Counted from the stretch's first letter, positions 18,001 through 31,390 are shown. The stretch: DNA of 64,000 nucleotides from Eledone cirrhosa (GCA_964016885.1 OZ024746.1:25048001-25112000), one strand, 5' to 3'. Translations and numbers: made by a program. The notes: generated by a model from the letters alone, not told the origin.

Positions 18001-18709
18001 ATTACTATTAAAGTCTACATGGGTAACATACATACTAACACATGTAGACAACTGGCATTACTATTAAAGTCAACATGGGTAACATACATACTAACACATG
18101 TAGACACAACTGGCATTACTATTAAAGTCTACATGGGTAACATACATACTAACACATGTAGACACAACTGGTATTACTATTAAAGTCTACATGGGTAACA
18201 TACATACTAACACATGTACACACAACTGGCATTACTATTAAAGTCAACATGGGTAACATACATACTAACACATGTACACACAACTGGCATTACTATTAAA
18301 GTCTACATGGGTAACATACATACTAACACATGTAGACAACTGGCATTACTATTAAAGTCAACATGGGTAACATACATACTAACACATGTAGACACAACTG
18401 GCATTACTATTAAAGTCCACATGGGTAACATACATACTAACACATGTACACACAACTGGCATTACTATTAAAGTCCACATGGGTAACATACATACTAACA
18501 CATGTACACACAACTGGCATTACTATTAAAGTCTACATAGGTAACATACATACTAACACATGTAGACACAACTGGCATTACTATTAAAGTCCACATGGGT
18601 AACATACATACTAACACATGTACACATAACTGGCATTACTATTAAAGTCCACATGGGTAACATACATACTAACACATGTACACACAACTGGCATTACTAT
18701 TAAAGTCAA
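3005..18709. repeat. 58-bp tandem satellite, roughly 270 units; consensus acaactggcattactattaaagtcaacatgggtaacatacatactaacacatgtagac
   Basis: Continuous, highly homogeneous tandem array with 56-bp and shorter deletion variants and recurrent SNP variants. Confidence 0.99.
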
Positions 18710-18891
18710 TGGTGGATTGGCAGTATCGGTAGAGGGTCGGACGCCATGCTTTGACTCAGAGTTACAGCCCTTGCCATTCTGAGTTCAAATCCCGCCGAGG
18801 TTAACTTTGCCTTTCATCCTTACAGGCTCGATAAAATAAAGTACCAGTAATGTACTGGTTAATTGCTGGCCTTGTGCCAAAAATAGAAACA
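18710..18891 (+). mobile_element. tRNA-derived SINE (variant middle segment) inserted at the end of the satellite
   Basis: Same head and 3' body as the 1440 and 45863 copies; 17-bp TSD attac(t/c)attaaagtcaa at 18693-18709 and 18892-18908. Confidence 0.9.
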
Positions 18892-19285
18892 ATTACCATT
18901 AAAGTCAACATGGATAATATACATACTAACACATGCACACATCCACACGCAACTGGCATTACCATTAAAGTCAACATGAGTAACATACTCATGGTAACAT
19001 ACTAATAAACGCCCACATACAGCCAGCATTACCATTAAGGCCATGGGTAACATACTCATGCACACACACATAATGGCCGGCGCTATCATTAAGGCCTACA
19101 TAGGTAACATACTTATGCACAAACACACAGGGCTGGCACTACCATTAACATCCACATGGGTAACATACTCATGCACCCCACTCTCCACTCACACAAACAC
19201 ACAGGGCTCAGGCTACATTTAAGGCCAACATAGGTAACATACACACACACACACACACAGGAGCGGAGCTACTATTAAAGCCAGC
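18892..19285. repeat. Diverged relic units of the 58-bp satellite
   Basis: Recurrent (g)cattaccattaa(a/g)g..acat(g/a)ggtaacatac motifs with increasing divergence. Confidence 0.85.
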
Positions 19286-20529
19286 TTGGAATTCTTATAT
19301 TTGGAATTCATGAAACATGATTAAAAGTAATACAAGACAGAAGGAAGAGAGGACAAATGATCCAAAATGCTTTCATTTATGCCAGAAGTATTGTCTATCC
19401 TTTTCTCTATGAATTTGTGTGTATGTGTATGACAGTTATGAGTCATAGACAGATAGAATCTTAAGAGTAAATAGATACACAAACACACATATAAAATCCA
19501 CAAACATAGCTTTGTTTTGGTGAAGAAACCAAATATTATTTATTTCACCTGTAAAACAATGGGTTATGTACAAGTTTCCAACAACAGTGAGAGGGGAGAG
19601 ACAGAAAGAGGAGGAAACAGAAAAAGAGAGGAAGGTGAGAAAGATAGAGAGAAGGAGGGAACAGCAAGGAAAAGAAAGCAAGGAAAAGAAAGATTAAGTG
19701 ATATATGATGTTAACATGTTAATGTCTTTGAAAACCTTAGATCATATGGAATAGGTGAATGGATCTCCATGCTTAAATCAGAACTTGATATATCTAAACT
19801 ATAACTTTACATAATACAAATGCTTGTTTATATTTAAACAAAGCAAATCATTTATACATATATGCATACACACACTTTGTTTTTGAATGAGTTGCATTGT
19901 TTAAATGTATTGCTATGAAATCTGACTTCTCTTCTACCTACCTGATATTGTTCCTTGCTACTTTCTTACAAATTTCCATGCCTGTCTCTTAGTTTTTATG
20001 ACTCCATCTATTGTGTCATTCCACCCCATATAACTATCCTTACTTGTATCTATGTTGGTGTTCACTCAGGCTGGATTGAGCCAACTCCAACTGGTGAATT
20101 TACAGCATCATGAACAGATGTCCGATGCAAATATCGCCAGTCAGTCATAATTCCAACAGTGGACGCTATGTATGTCAGCTCCATCATGAGCAGAAGCTGC
20201 TCATGCATGTTGATCACAGATGTCCAATGCAAATATTGATAGCCAATCAAAATTTAAATAATGGACACCATATGCTAGCTCTGAATAGTGCATTCACAAT
20301 ACTGTTAACAGAGGTCACCCATACATGGCAATCACAACCGTCCAACTACTAACTATTGCCAGGTAATTGTGATTCCAATGGTATACACCATATATGCAAG
20401 GACCAGATCAGTCTTTATTGTGCCAGTCCAGACATTCAGCTGACCACCTCTTTGTTTGTACCATCTGAGGGGCTCAGACAGTGCTGAACTTACCTGTAAG
20501 CTATACCTTAGGTCCACACAACCTCGAAG

Positions 20530-20935
20530 GATCATGATCCATGTTTGCTAAACATGAGCATTATATGGAGGATATGTAAAAGCTGGAAAGTAATGAGGTA
20601 ACCATGCTCCATTGGGTGTGTAATGTTAGTGTGTATGAACAACAGAACACAAATGAGTTGAGAAAAAACATCTGGGTATGAGGTTGAATTATGGAAGAAA
20701 TGAGATTGCATCAGCACAAACATATGAAGGATGCCAGCAGGGTAAAGAAGTGTCAAGTGATCCAAGCAGAATGACCTGTAGAACAGGAAGAACTAGAATA
20801 TCATAGAAAGAAATGTTGTCAGTTGATCCCAGGAGACTAAATCTCACTAAGGAGATGAGAGAAGATTGCAACAAGTTGCAAGAGGATCTACTGAAGAAGG
20901 TCCATCTAATTCATGGAAGCATGGAATAATGGATG
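20530..20935 (+). mobile_element. Decayed 3' end of an RTE-clade LINE
   Basis: Broken frames resembling the RTE C-terminus (ELRK.. RVKKCQVIQAE.. GR.R.. RRLNLTKEM). Confidence 0.55.
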
Positions 20936-20974
20936 TTTGATGATTATATTAGATACACACATTACAGTGTTTAA

Positions 20975-21009
<35 letters not shown>

Positions 21010-22652
21010 TATTAAATGTATATATATGTTTCCATCTCTTTTCAGTTGTAGCACATTGGTTTGTAGCAAATTTAATTTTATTTGTAAATAGTCAAAAGAC
21101 TAATCGCCCTGTCTTATGTCCAATTGTTTCTGTCCTATGTGCATTGGAGTTAGTGGTATCAACTTCAATGCACCAAAACCATAAGGTCCTAAAGAGGTTG
21201 ACTGATAAGGGACTGTCCTGTGTTTTGTTCGTTTTTCCTTTGCTTTCACTGACCTTTTTTAATTATATATATATATATATATATGCACACCTTTCTATCT
21301 TGGGATAACAATCAATGAATTTATTTTAATTACCTAAGATGTATTTTCTTTTAATTAGCTCTGATAAGGGTAATAGACTGGAGGAGTGAACACTGTACAG
21401 TCTTTTTTGTCCATCTGTAACACCAACACTATGATCTGTCAAAAATGCTCTAAATATATTTATTTAGAATCAATGCAAGACAAATAAGGTGAAAGCTTGA
21501 GGGGATGGGCAAATGTTTTAAAACTGTTGCTTGTCTTTGTGTGTATATACAATCTGTCAAGTCATTTTAGTGTAGTGGTCTAAGCAGCTGTCTGGTCTAC
21601 AACAGCTGTGTTTCACATGTTTAAATGCATCATTTAAGTTTCGATTTATTTGTGAGGCTAGTCACTCAGCTTGAGTATAGACTTGCTCTTTGAAGACCCT
21701 TCCAATCCTTAATAGCAGAGTTGATAAATATATTATGATGACTTATAAAACGTCTTAACCATATATCATCATCATCGTTTAATGTCCATGTTTCCATGCT
21801 GGCATGGGTTAGACAAGTTATCCTGTTGTGAGCAATGCCAGGTCAGGTCTTGCTCATACAGAGCCAATAAATGATAACATAAATGGACCCGTTATTTTTA
21901 TCTAAAGACATTTTTTCCAATTTCACCCTGCCCGTCCCTTCAATCTATCTTATTTCTCATTTTTTCTTCTTTCGTCCAAAACATTAAGAACCTCTTCCTG
22001 CTATTTCAAGTGTTAACCTAATATATTCCTTCCATGTACTGTACCGATTGTGCTATTTCTGTTTACCTTATATATATATATATATATAACCCACAAACAC
22101 AGCTGGGTTACTACAGTTTGGTAAAGAAACCAAATATTACTTATTGTCTGTAAAACAACAGGTTAGGTACTAATGGTAATATCTTAATTTTTTAGGAAAT
22201 TAGATGGCGCATTGTTTGCTATTCTATCCTCTGTGCATGTTAGTCAGCTTATATGTAAACAAACTGACTACTTCTAATCCCATCGCTTCATTTGAATTAA
22301 TCCTTATCCACAAACCAGAGACTGTTCAACTGATAAACTAATTAGCATTAGTCCAAAGGGATGAGCACTACTGATGGTGAGATGTTAAATTATTCACCAA
22401 ACAATACTGAGAGTCACAAATTAGAGATTATAATGTACTATATATTTGTGTAGAAGAGGAAAGGAGCCAATCATCAAATTGGCTCAAGAAAGTAATGTTT
22501 ATATTGGTCAGTTCATTGCTGATAATATCTGCTAGTCACAACTGGCAGAAGTAAGGAGCCGATTGTCAGACCAGACCAAGAAAACAATGTTTCTATTAGT
22601 CTTTTTATTGCTGATTCTATCTGCCTGTTGCAATTCCTGGCAGAAGAAAAGA

Positions 22653-22810
22653 GCCATATCATGTTGTCATTATAGCTCACACTTATGTAGGTTTAGTTGT
22701 CCTCCTACAAGGTTTCATATCATTACAATACCCAAGAAACCTCCTATGAGATGAAACCTTGTAGGAGGCCAGCTAAACCTACATAAGTGTGAGCCACAAC
22801 ATGATATGGC
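22653..22810. repeat. Inverted repeat, ~60-bp arms with a 32-bp spacer
   Basis: gccatatcatgttgt..gctcacacttatgtaggtttag..cctcctacaaggtttcat against its reverse complement at 22751-22810. Confidence 0.85.
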
Positions 22811-23548
22811 CAGGGCCTCTATTATTAAAACACTCAAGGATCATACTTTGGGATGTAACATTGGAGGAGGCCAGCTGAACATATGTAGGAGCTATACATT
22901 TTATTTTGTTTATATACTTAATAGCTAGTATTAATTCACTCTAATTTCAGTTTGTTTTATCAAAGTACCAGCTGCCATCATGGTCCAATCAAACAACTCT
23001 TTAAAATCATGACTGTCACAATGGAAATTATAACCTCTTCCAGTTAAATACTACTATATGGTCACAAGTATCAAGAGTATTATTATTATCTAAACACCCA
23101 CATCGTCAGTGATGACACACATGATATACACACACTTAAATGTAATCAATACATTCTATGAAGCAGGTGTTTAACTAAAGAGTTGTAGGTGGAGAATGAT
23201 CAGGCCACAATATATTGAAGCTGACAGCAATAATTGTTTTGCTATTCTTGTAACCATTGTTGTTGCTGCTGCTGTTGTTGTGTAATAATTATAGAAACAT
23301 TACTTGAGGATAGTGTCAACATTATTTTATTATGTAGGTGTCAATTTCAACATTGCTTTACTCTTTTACTTGTCTCAGTCATTAGATTGTGGCCATGCTG
23401 GAGCATAGTCTTAAAGAGATTTAGTTGATCCTAGATCATATTGGGGGCATAAAGTCTGCCTCTTATTTTATGAATCTCTTTTCGTCGAACAGTTAGTTTA
23501 CAAATGTAAACACACACTTGTATGTATGTATGTGTATATATATATCAT

Positions 23549-23589
<41 letters not shown>

Positions 23590-23591
<2 letters not shown>

Positions 23592-23752
23592 ATGTGGTTG
23601 GTGTTAGGAAAGGCATCCAGCTGTTGAAATCTAATCAGAAACAGTTCTGTATGAGCAGAATACAATCACCTGACCCAACCTGCCTCAAATGGGACAACCC
23701 GTCTAACCCATGCTAGTATGGAAGGTGGACATTAAACGAAAGTGATGATGAT
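23590..23752 (+). mobile_element. SINE-like repeat with RTE-type (GAT)n tail
   Basis: ggttggtgttaggaaaggcatccagctg...gtctaacccatgctagtatggaaggtggacattaaacg..gatgatg; many related copies in the window. Confidence 0.7.
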
Positions 23753-24419
23753 ACACACACACATACACACAATGGGTTTCACCAATTTCACTCACAAAGC
23801 TATAGTAGAAGACACTTGCCCAATGTACCACACAGTGGGACTGAACATGAAATCCAATGTACCACACAGTGGGACTGAGCCTGAAATCATTTTTGATGTT
23901 TCATTTTATAGAAATAAAATCAATTACTCGAAATATTAACATTAGATGTTATTAAGGCTGATTAACTCTTAACGTCCTGTATGACATGAAACCACATTAA
24001 AAATACATTCTTGAAAAGTATTGACTATCTCTATGACTTCATCACATTAACAATTCAAGTCTCTATTCTAATACTGCAAAGTTGAACAATGCTCTGTCTG
24101 ATAGTAAATATACTATAAACATTTGAATCAACAAACCTGTTTTTCGATATTTTTTGTTAATGCAAGTTGAGAGATCTATTGCTCAAGGTTTGACCATACT
24201 CAAAGACCTGCTACTCAAGATGTGGACATCCACTACTTCAACCTTGTCTGCTTTTGAGACAGGTTATCACAACCACAGTCTTGAAGTTCTGAGTGTATTA
24301 TTTTGTCACATAAATATATTCAACACATTTCATTTTAAATACAAAACATTATATCTTTATTTGTGTTATCATTATCATCTAATGGCTAAAAAAATCATAA
24401 ATTAGTATTTATCAGTGTG

Positions 24420-24750
24420 CATGAATAGTGCAGCATAAATGAGTTGAGAGAGAAATTGAGCATAAGAAGAATCAGTTGTGTGTAAGAGAAGATTAAACTG
24501 GTATGGATGTGTGGTGTGTATGGATGATTGATGGGTGAAGTAGTTTCAAGAGATCCAAGTGGAAGGAAGTTGCAGAGGAGGAAGATCAAGAAAAACCTGA
24601 ACAGAAGTCATTAGAGCTGATCTCAAAATGCCGAACCTTACAGAGATGATGAAGGAACACAATGAATGGATGGAAACTGTACTGGAGCAGAGCTGGCCAA
24701 CTTGTGCAACTTTGGAAAAAACAAATGTAAAAACAATGATAATGATATAC
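24420..24750 (+). mobile_element. Decayed RTE LINE 3' fragment
   Basis: Similar to the 20530 and 60610 fragments; ends in aatgataatgat. Confidence 0.45.
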
Positions 24751-26937
24751 CAAGTACATCATCTGTGAGTTGGTAACAAGAATAGGAACCTTTTTGCTGT
24801 CACAATTTCAAATATTGATTCCTTCGTTTCTATTAATTTACCAATATTACCAAGATGGTAACTAGTGAGATATTGCTATAGAATATATTGTACATTGAAC
24901 GGATTGTAAATATAGCTGAAGCTGACTATTGAAAACTCCAGCATCACAATTATCAATGTCAGATTTAGCTATAAGTAATTCTGCTTCTCATGACTGTACG
25001 CTTATTTTCTTTTCAACACTTGATATCAATCCAGCTGAGACTGCCTCTCTTCTTAGAACACAAAACTGATAATTTTAAAGTGTTCATATTTAAATTAGAA
25101 ATATGCTCTCATAATTTTAACAAACAAACGTTTTAAGTTACGTTCTAATTACCATATTATTAATGAAAACTTCAGTTAGTGTACTACTAAATACTTCCAA
25201 AATTAATTCAAATACATGGACAGTGAAATATTATTTGATATTTGATAATGAATGGGTTGATTTGGTCTACTGGAGACTCTAGAACATTAATTTTTAAAAG
25301 AATTCTATTCAATAACATAATTACGTAAATTAGAATCAACTTACAGGTAATTTATACATACATATACATATGTATATGTATATATATATGCAGGGAGTAG
25401 GGGGGGGGGTGTCACAGAATATGCACTGCACCACCATCTTGCCTGTACCCAGTTACTTTAACCTTTTCACAATATTTTTGACCAGCAGAAACCCCCACAT
25501 CCCACCCCTTACAGCATCGCACTCTTTCATCTCCTATCACACACAGCCCTACCACATCTTACGCCAAAATGTCTATGATAAGCCAAAACACCATACCCCC
25601 CACTGCAACTCACAATAACCATCGCTTCCCACCACCAATCAAAACAACAGCAAAGGTCCGATGAGCTTTTGATTCCAGAGTCAGGCCAGATTGATACAGA
25701 TTGAACCTTGAGCTGATCAATATCAATAAATTGCGCATCACCAATCAATAAACGTAATGAAGACGTAACAAATTGTCCTTGTATTATTATATGTATATGC
25801 TAGCGTGGAAGATGGACGTTAAATGATGATGATGATGATATATATATGAAAAACAGACATAAGTTGGTGATGATGGTGACAATGACAGACACACAAACAC
25901 ACACACATGCATATTAATTTAGTAGCAATTGACAACTTTAAGAAGAAATACATTGGCATAAACAGCTAATAAGAGAGCTTCGATGATGTAACTTGACCTG
26001 ATCAACATAGCAACCAAATAACTTTTCATAAACTGCTTATTTTTAAAATACAAAGATTTTTGTTGGGTAAGAAATTTAGATTCACTTTTTCATTACCATA
26101 TTTTTAATTAAATATACAGCATATATATGTCAATTAATTCTGAAAATAATAAAGAACTTGGAAGGATTTATTAATATAACTTTTTCATCGTTTTGTTAGT
26201 GTTTGGAACATAACTTAGCAAAAGGATCTTACATAAAATTATAATGGAAGGTTTAAAGATATCTATGAACTCTTTAAAACAGTTTTTATCATTAGAATCA
26301 AGGGCAATTTGATGTCAAAATGGGTTAAAATATAGTACAGCCACAGCTAGATATCAATGAAGCAATGAGGTTCAAGACAAAATGTCACAGTAGACAGATA
26401 ATGGAAAGCTCAAGAGCTGATCTCTGCTACTGAACCACAGTGGACTTATCTGGTGTCCTGGGGTGTGTGGGAGGATCTTGAATATTTGAGTGGTTTATTT
26501 ATGTTGGATGTGACAGCTCAAGAGATGATTAGTCCTATTGAACACTAATGAAAGTAGGCAGTTCCTAGCATTATGGAAATACTAACAGTTATCTGAAGAT
26601 CAGCTTTTTGTATCAACTTTCTATTTTCTTGTTGGAGAACTTGAAAACAGATTTGTCTTTTCTTTTGTAGATATTAGAAATGTTGAAATCCAAACACAGA
26701 TTTGCTAAAATGATAATAGCACTCGAAAACTGGGTAAAATACAGTTAAGGACAGAAAATAAGGAATCAGCAGCCACTATACATGTGTGTAAATTTATTAA
26801 ATTCTCTGCTGACAAAGTTTCTAGGTTTATATCTTTTTATACCAACTTGACAAAAAAAAAAAAAAGAAAGAAACCATGTTAAGTTAATGAAACAATTTTA
26901 GCAAAATCCCACAAAATTCTTCATTAATTAATTGAAA

Positions 26938-27190
26938 TCATCATCACCATCATCGTTTAATGTCTATCTTCCACGCTAGCATGGGTCAGGACGGGAATTG
27001 TCCCACGTGAAGCAAGATTTGTTGTCTTGCTCGTATAGGACTGTCTGACGGGTTTTCTACAGCTGGATGCCCTTCCTAACACCAACCATGTTTACAGTGT
27101 GGACTGGGAGATTTTTACCGTGTTACCTACACGGCCACATTACAGCGTGGACTGTGTGTTTTTTGTCGTGACACCTACACAACCTCATTT
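26938..27190 (-). mobile_element. SINE-like repeat with RTE-type tail
   Basis: catcatcgtttaatgtctatcttccacgctagcatggg...ctacagctggatgcccttcctaacaccaacc, followed by ~47-bp internal repeats. Confidence 0.75.
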
Positions 27191-27274
27191 ATTTAGGACT
27201 GGCAGCCACAAAATATTCAAACATAAATGATGATAGTTTCTAGTTTAAGACCTAAATAGAGCTTCTAGGTTTAA

Positions 27275-27496
27275 CCCTTTTGATACAAAAATGCCTGAAA
27301 TCACCCTTGGTCCTATGAAACAAAACTGTTTCAAATCATCTAAAAATTTTCCACAATAATTTTATGAATGAACCTTTGTTAAATTATGCTCCAAATACCA
27401 GCTTGACAATGAGAAAGTTAGTTATAATTCTTGATTTTCAAAATTATTTGAAAAACATAGGCTGTGTCTTTCATTAGGAATATGGTAACAAAAGAG
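27275..27496. mobile_element. piggyBac-type MITE (AT-rich family; partial copies near 1160-1900, 25020, 26100, 48900, 59150, 59800)
   Basis: TTAA flanks at 27271-74 and 27497-500; imperfect terminal inverted repeats (TIRs) CCCTTTTGATAC / GTAACAAAAGAG. Confidence 0.65.
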
Positions 27497-27590
27497 TTAA
27501 ACATGTATAGTCAAACTTTCAAGTCAAGATCAAATGAAATCGATATAAACAAAATCATAGCAACAAAATTAAATTATTTTTTTCTCGATA

Positions 27591-28748
27591 TCAAGAGAAA
27601 AACCAACATACCGTTTTGTTAATTTTCTTTAAAGGGTTCTTAAGTTTTTTATTTATCTTCTGTTTTTTTGGTGGAGAATTGTGATGGGGAGGTTGAAGTT
27701 CCTGTGAAGTTGGATAATTGCGATTTGAACAACAGCACTTGCGGTGCTTCTGGCATAATGAATGTTTACACACAGCGTTATTGCTATCCTTTGAAGATTG
27801 TTCCGGATTATTACAAAAATTGGCAGACCTTACAACACTACCATTGTTGTTACGGTCCCCAGTAGTACCAAGCTGAAAGTCAGGGTTCTCTTTGGACTGT
27901 TTCTGGAGATCTTTTAGTTTCTTCTGTAGACATGCGGCTATATATTGTTGTTGAAGAATTTTAAGATCCTCTTCACTACAGCCTGTAATAGCTGAAGATG
28001 AAGAAGAGAAGAAAGAATTTCTCACTGAATCCAAAGAGGTAGCCATGTGTTGGTGGAAAGGCGAAGACGGCAGCGAAACAGGAAGTCTGTCGTAAATGGA
28101 TTCATCTTCACTGAGTGTTCCAAGCCATGGAGATGACAAAGAAGAGGAGGAAGAAGGGGAGTAGGAAAGTTGTGGTTCACTAGAATGGTGTTGAAACCAA
28201 CCATTCTCTTTACTTATCAGCTGAGTAAATGCTGATAACTGTTCAAGAAGATCATTGTCACGATCAATAATTATTGAAGGTAAATTAGCTACCATTTCTG
28301 CTGATGGTTCTTCTAGTTCTGGCTTGTCTTTCGAGAAGATTTTACCAAATAACATAGAATCTTGAATAAGAATATTTTCAAGCAACATTTTTGAATTGTA
28401 AATGTCTTTTCTTGGTCCCAATTTATTAAAACAACTTGGCAGGTGCTTTTTAGCAAGATCAGGTTTAATCTCTCTTTGATCAGTGTGAGAGAACAAGGGC
28501 TCAGTTGATGAGTCTTTTAATGATGTGGTCCACTCACTGGAAGAAGGTTCAGATAGTTTTATGTGTGTTTTATCAGTAGAAGAGTGTGCGCTGATAATAT
28601 CTTTCTTATTCCACAAGGTTTTTAAAAGGATTAGATGAGTAAGGTCAGTGCCATAGCGGCTAATTAACAAAACTAAGGCAAGTATTGTGTAGACAAAAAC
28701 AGCATGATTCCAAGATTCACAGACCAGCACCAGAACAGCAGTTAACAT
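27591..28748 (-). CDS. Unknown protein with an N-terminal hydrophobic segment and a Ser-rich body; probably a large first coding exon spliced at 27612
   Basis: 385-codon non-repetitive ORF in AT-rich DNA; in-frame stop 5 codons upstream of the ATG; donor-like ACG|GTATGT just before the stop codon. Confidence 0.7.
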   Translation of the reverse strand: MLTAVLVLVCESWNHAVFVYTILALVLLISRYGTDLTHLILLKTLWNKKDIISAHSSTDKTHIKLSEPSSSEWTTSLKDSSTEPLFSHTDQREIKPDLAKKHLPSCFNKLGPRKDIYNSKMLLENILIQDSMLFGKIFSKDKPELEEPSAEMVANLPSIIIDRDNDLLEQLSAFTQLISKENGWFQHHSSEPQLSYSPSSSSSLSSPWLGTLSEDESIYDRLPVSLPSSPFHQHMATSLDSVRNSFFSSSSSAITGCSEEDLKILQQQYIAACLQKKLKDLQKQSKENPDFQLGTTGDRNNNGSVVRSANFCNNPEQSSKDSNNAVCKHSLCQKHRKCCCSNRNYPTSQELQPPHHNSPPKKQKINKKLKNPLKKINKTVCWFFS

Positions 28749-31171
28749 TATCCAACCTAATCAATAGGGTGGTGGACGGAATGCAATTCAAAGGACAAGA
28801 AATTAGATGGTGACTACAACTACTAGACAAAACTAAGAAGCAACAAGGTGCCATAAAAATATAGTTATATATGCTGCCAAATAAAAATATACAAATATAT
28901 AGAGTCGAGTGAGGTCATCTTAACATTACTGTTCCATGTTCTTGAATTACAATCTATAGGACATTTCAGTGATTAAACTAAGGTGTACACATCATGGCAG
29001 TAGTCAATATCAAACATCAGTTGTACAGTATGGATATGCCAGAAAGGTTATGGAAAGGTAAATTATTTTAAATTACAAAAAAAAAAAAAAAGAAAAAAAA
29101 AAAAAAAAAAAAAAAAAATCAGCGTTGCGTGAAAGGTAAATTTATATGAAATAGGAAATGAGTCGGTTGTCAAGGTATGGAAAAGTTATTATGGCGAAGA
29201 ATTTTAAATGAAGTAGGGGGAAAATATGTCTATATATGTGTGCGCGCGTGTGTGTGCGTTTGTGAGACAAATGACTATAAATAGAATTGCTAAAGCGTTT
29301 CGAAAATGGTGGAACGAAACGGCAAAGAACAGTTAAGGCCTTTGATATGAACGTAAGCTCAGGAATCCTAAGAAGTTAGTGATGATCTGCGTGGGCTGAA
29401 GATAATATAACAATGACCCCCACCCGGAAATATAAGTCCAAGGACACAGGGTGAATGAGTTCTTAGGAAGTAGGATACAAAACACACATAACAACAACAA
29501 TAATAATAACACGGTAATGAATTCTACTATTATTATTACTAGTACTACTACTAACGATGTTAGCAGTCAACCAGAACCAATCCCAATAGTTGAAATGGCA
29601 ATGTATGAAATAATTGTATGTACGCTACTACTACTTATGTATTTCGGAAATGAAGTCGTTATTGAAGTAGATAAAAGACGAAGATGACGACAACGATAGT
29701 GATGATGATGTTATTGGATAGCCAAGAGAGGATTGTACACCAGTAAATGTAAATTAATGTGATATTTATTATTAAACAAATAAAAACAAATAAAAATAAT
29801 CACTAAAAACGAATTATGAGAATAAAAAGAAAGAAACTGATGTTTGATTTTTTCTGTGTAGATTATCTTTAATATATGAAATATCGATACAATTATCTAT
29901 ACGATCACAAATGTGCGTTTGTATGTGTGAGAAGCAGTTCCCAATGGAAAAAAAATTAGCCTTAAAATTATAATTTGTTTCTGGGGGATCAAAATTACAG
30001 ACTTTCTTAAGGAACACACGAAACAACAACCAACGAAACAAACACAGAAAATAGTTCCTTTCTCAAAAATTTGTTAAAGAATAAATAAACGGGTAATTAA
30101 TTCCGATGAAATGAAAAAAAGGGGGTCTTATAAACGTAGAAGAATTTCCCAAGAATTCTCTTCCCTTAAAACAAAAGTGGGAGTGTGTTATGTATTTAAT
30201 TATGTCAGTGTGTTCTTTCCTGGGACCGGTACAAACCCAGCCTCTTCTTCTGCAAATAAAATTATGTCCAAGCAACAAGAAAACTAAATAGTTTTTTTTT
30301 CTTTTTGTGCTTTTTTTTTAAATTTCAAATAATATCAATATGAGTAAAAATTACACATCAAAGCGATCTTGTGATGTTTTTGTTATAGTTGTCTATTCTG
30401 AAAAAAATATTAATATTTGGGGTGTATTTTTATTAAACACACCACATCCAGAAATATTCCCACAGTAAACACAGAATATCATAAAGGCCGATTAATGTCC
30501 AGTTGACTTTAAAGATGAAGAAAATTGGTAATTCCTTTGAAGATATATATATTTATATATACATATATATCTAAGATCCGGCACAAAATAAATGCTTTTT
30601 TTCTGTCCCGTTAAGATGAATTAAAATGTATGTATATTCCACTTATTGTTTTATTCTGTCTCCTCTCGGTATGTGCATATATATGTATGTATGCATATAA
30701 TGTACAAATACAAAACAAGTCACCGTTATATATCGTGGAATCAGAAAAAAACGGCCGGCGTGTCGATGACGACCAAATGCCGAGTGAAGACTGGAGAAAA
30801 GAGTGGAAGGGAGAGACAGAAAGAGGCAGTAGAAAAGTGTGTAAGAGAGGAGGAGTATGAGAGATAAAGTGAGAGACAGAGAGTTAGTGCGAGAGAAGAA
30901 CAGAGGGATGGCGTTGAGAAGAAGCGAAAGAGAAGTGTGAGAGTAAAACATGGAATGCGAGAGAGAAAGAGAGAGTAAAAAAGGAGGATGAAGTGATAGT
31001 AAGAAAGAGATAGAAATAGAGAGAATGATAGTGGTTACACCATATGGATGATGCTATTTCATTGTAAAGGGGGAGACGAGCATAAGATGTATTATGTGGA
31101 TCGATGAGCAAGTTAGCAACATCTCAGCTGTAGACTACATGTCGGACACTCCAGTGAGGGAAGTGTGTGTG

Positions 31172-31235
31172 TATAGGGCTTCCTGATGATTTCTCTCGAA
31201 TGAAACAGTTCTAGTCCTGTAGAAGCTCTTCTATA
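31172..31235 (+). ncRNA. Type I hammerhead ribozyme motif, family A
   Basis: gggcttc-CTGATGA-t ttc tctc gaa t-GAA ACAG ttctagtc CTGT A-gaagctc; predicted cleavage after GUA at 31221. Confidence 0.8.
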
Positions 31236-31308
31236 TTAAAACATTTATACTCTGCTATGCATTGAATACCTTACTTACTGTGGTTACCTCCGATTCAACC
31301 CGGAATAA
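31172..31308 (+). mobile_element. Short Penelope-type pseudo-LTR unit (hammerhead plus ~85-nt tail), family A
   Basis: Tail ttatactctgctatg.attgagtaccttactta..aacccgg is shared with the copies at 32080, 52095 and (minus strand) 56750; ends in (TA)n. Confidence 0.7.
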
Positions 31309-31390
31309 TATATATATAAAAACAAATAACGAAACGAAATTAAATTTCGTTTCGTTTGTAACTCACTTTTGTATGACTGACGCTTAAACA

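Noticed and set aside
3005-18709. CRISPR-like array or repetitive protein gene
   Set aside because: No unique spacers, eukaryotic context, and the 58-bp unit is not a multiple of 3; ORFs appear only where 56-bp variants shift the frame.
25640-25715. Possible decayed hammerhead (ggt-CCGATGA..GATAC..gaaccttg) after a C-rich PLE-UTR-like stretch
   Set aside because: At least three core deviations; cannot be distinguished from chance.
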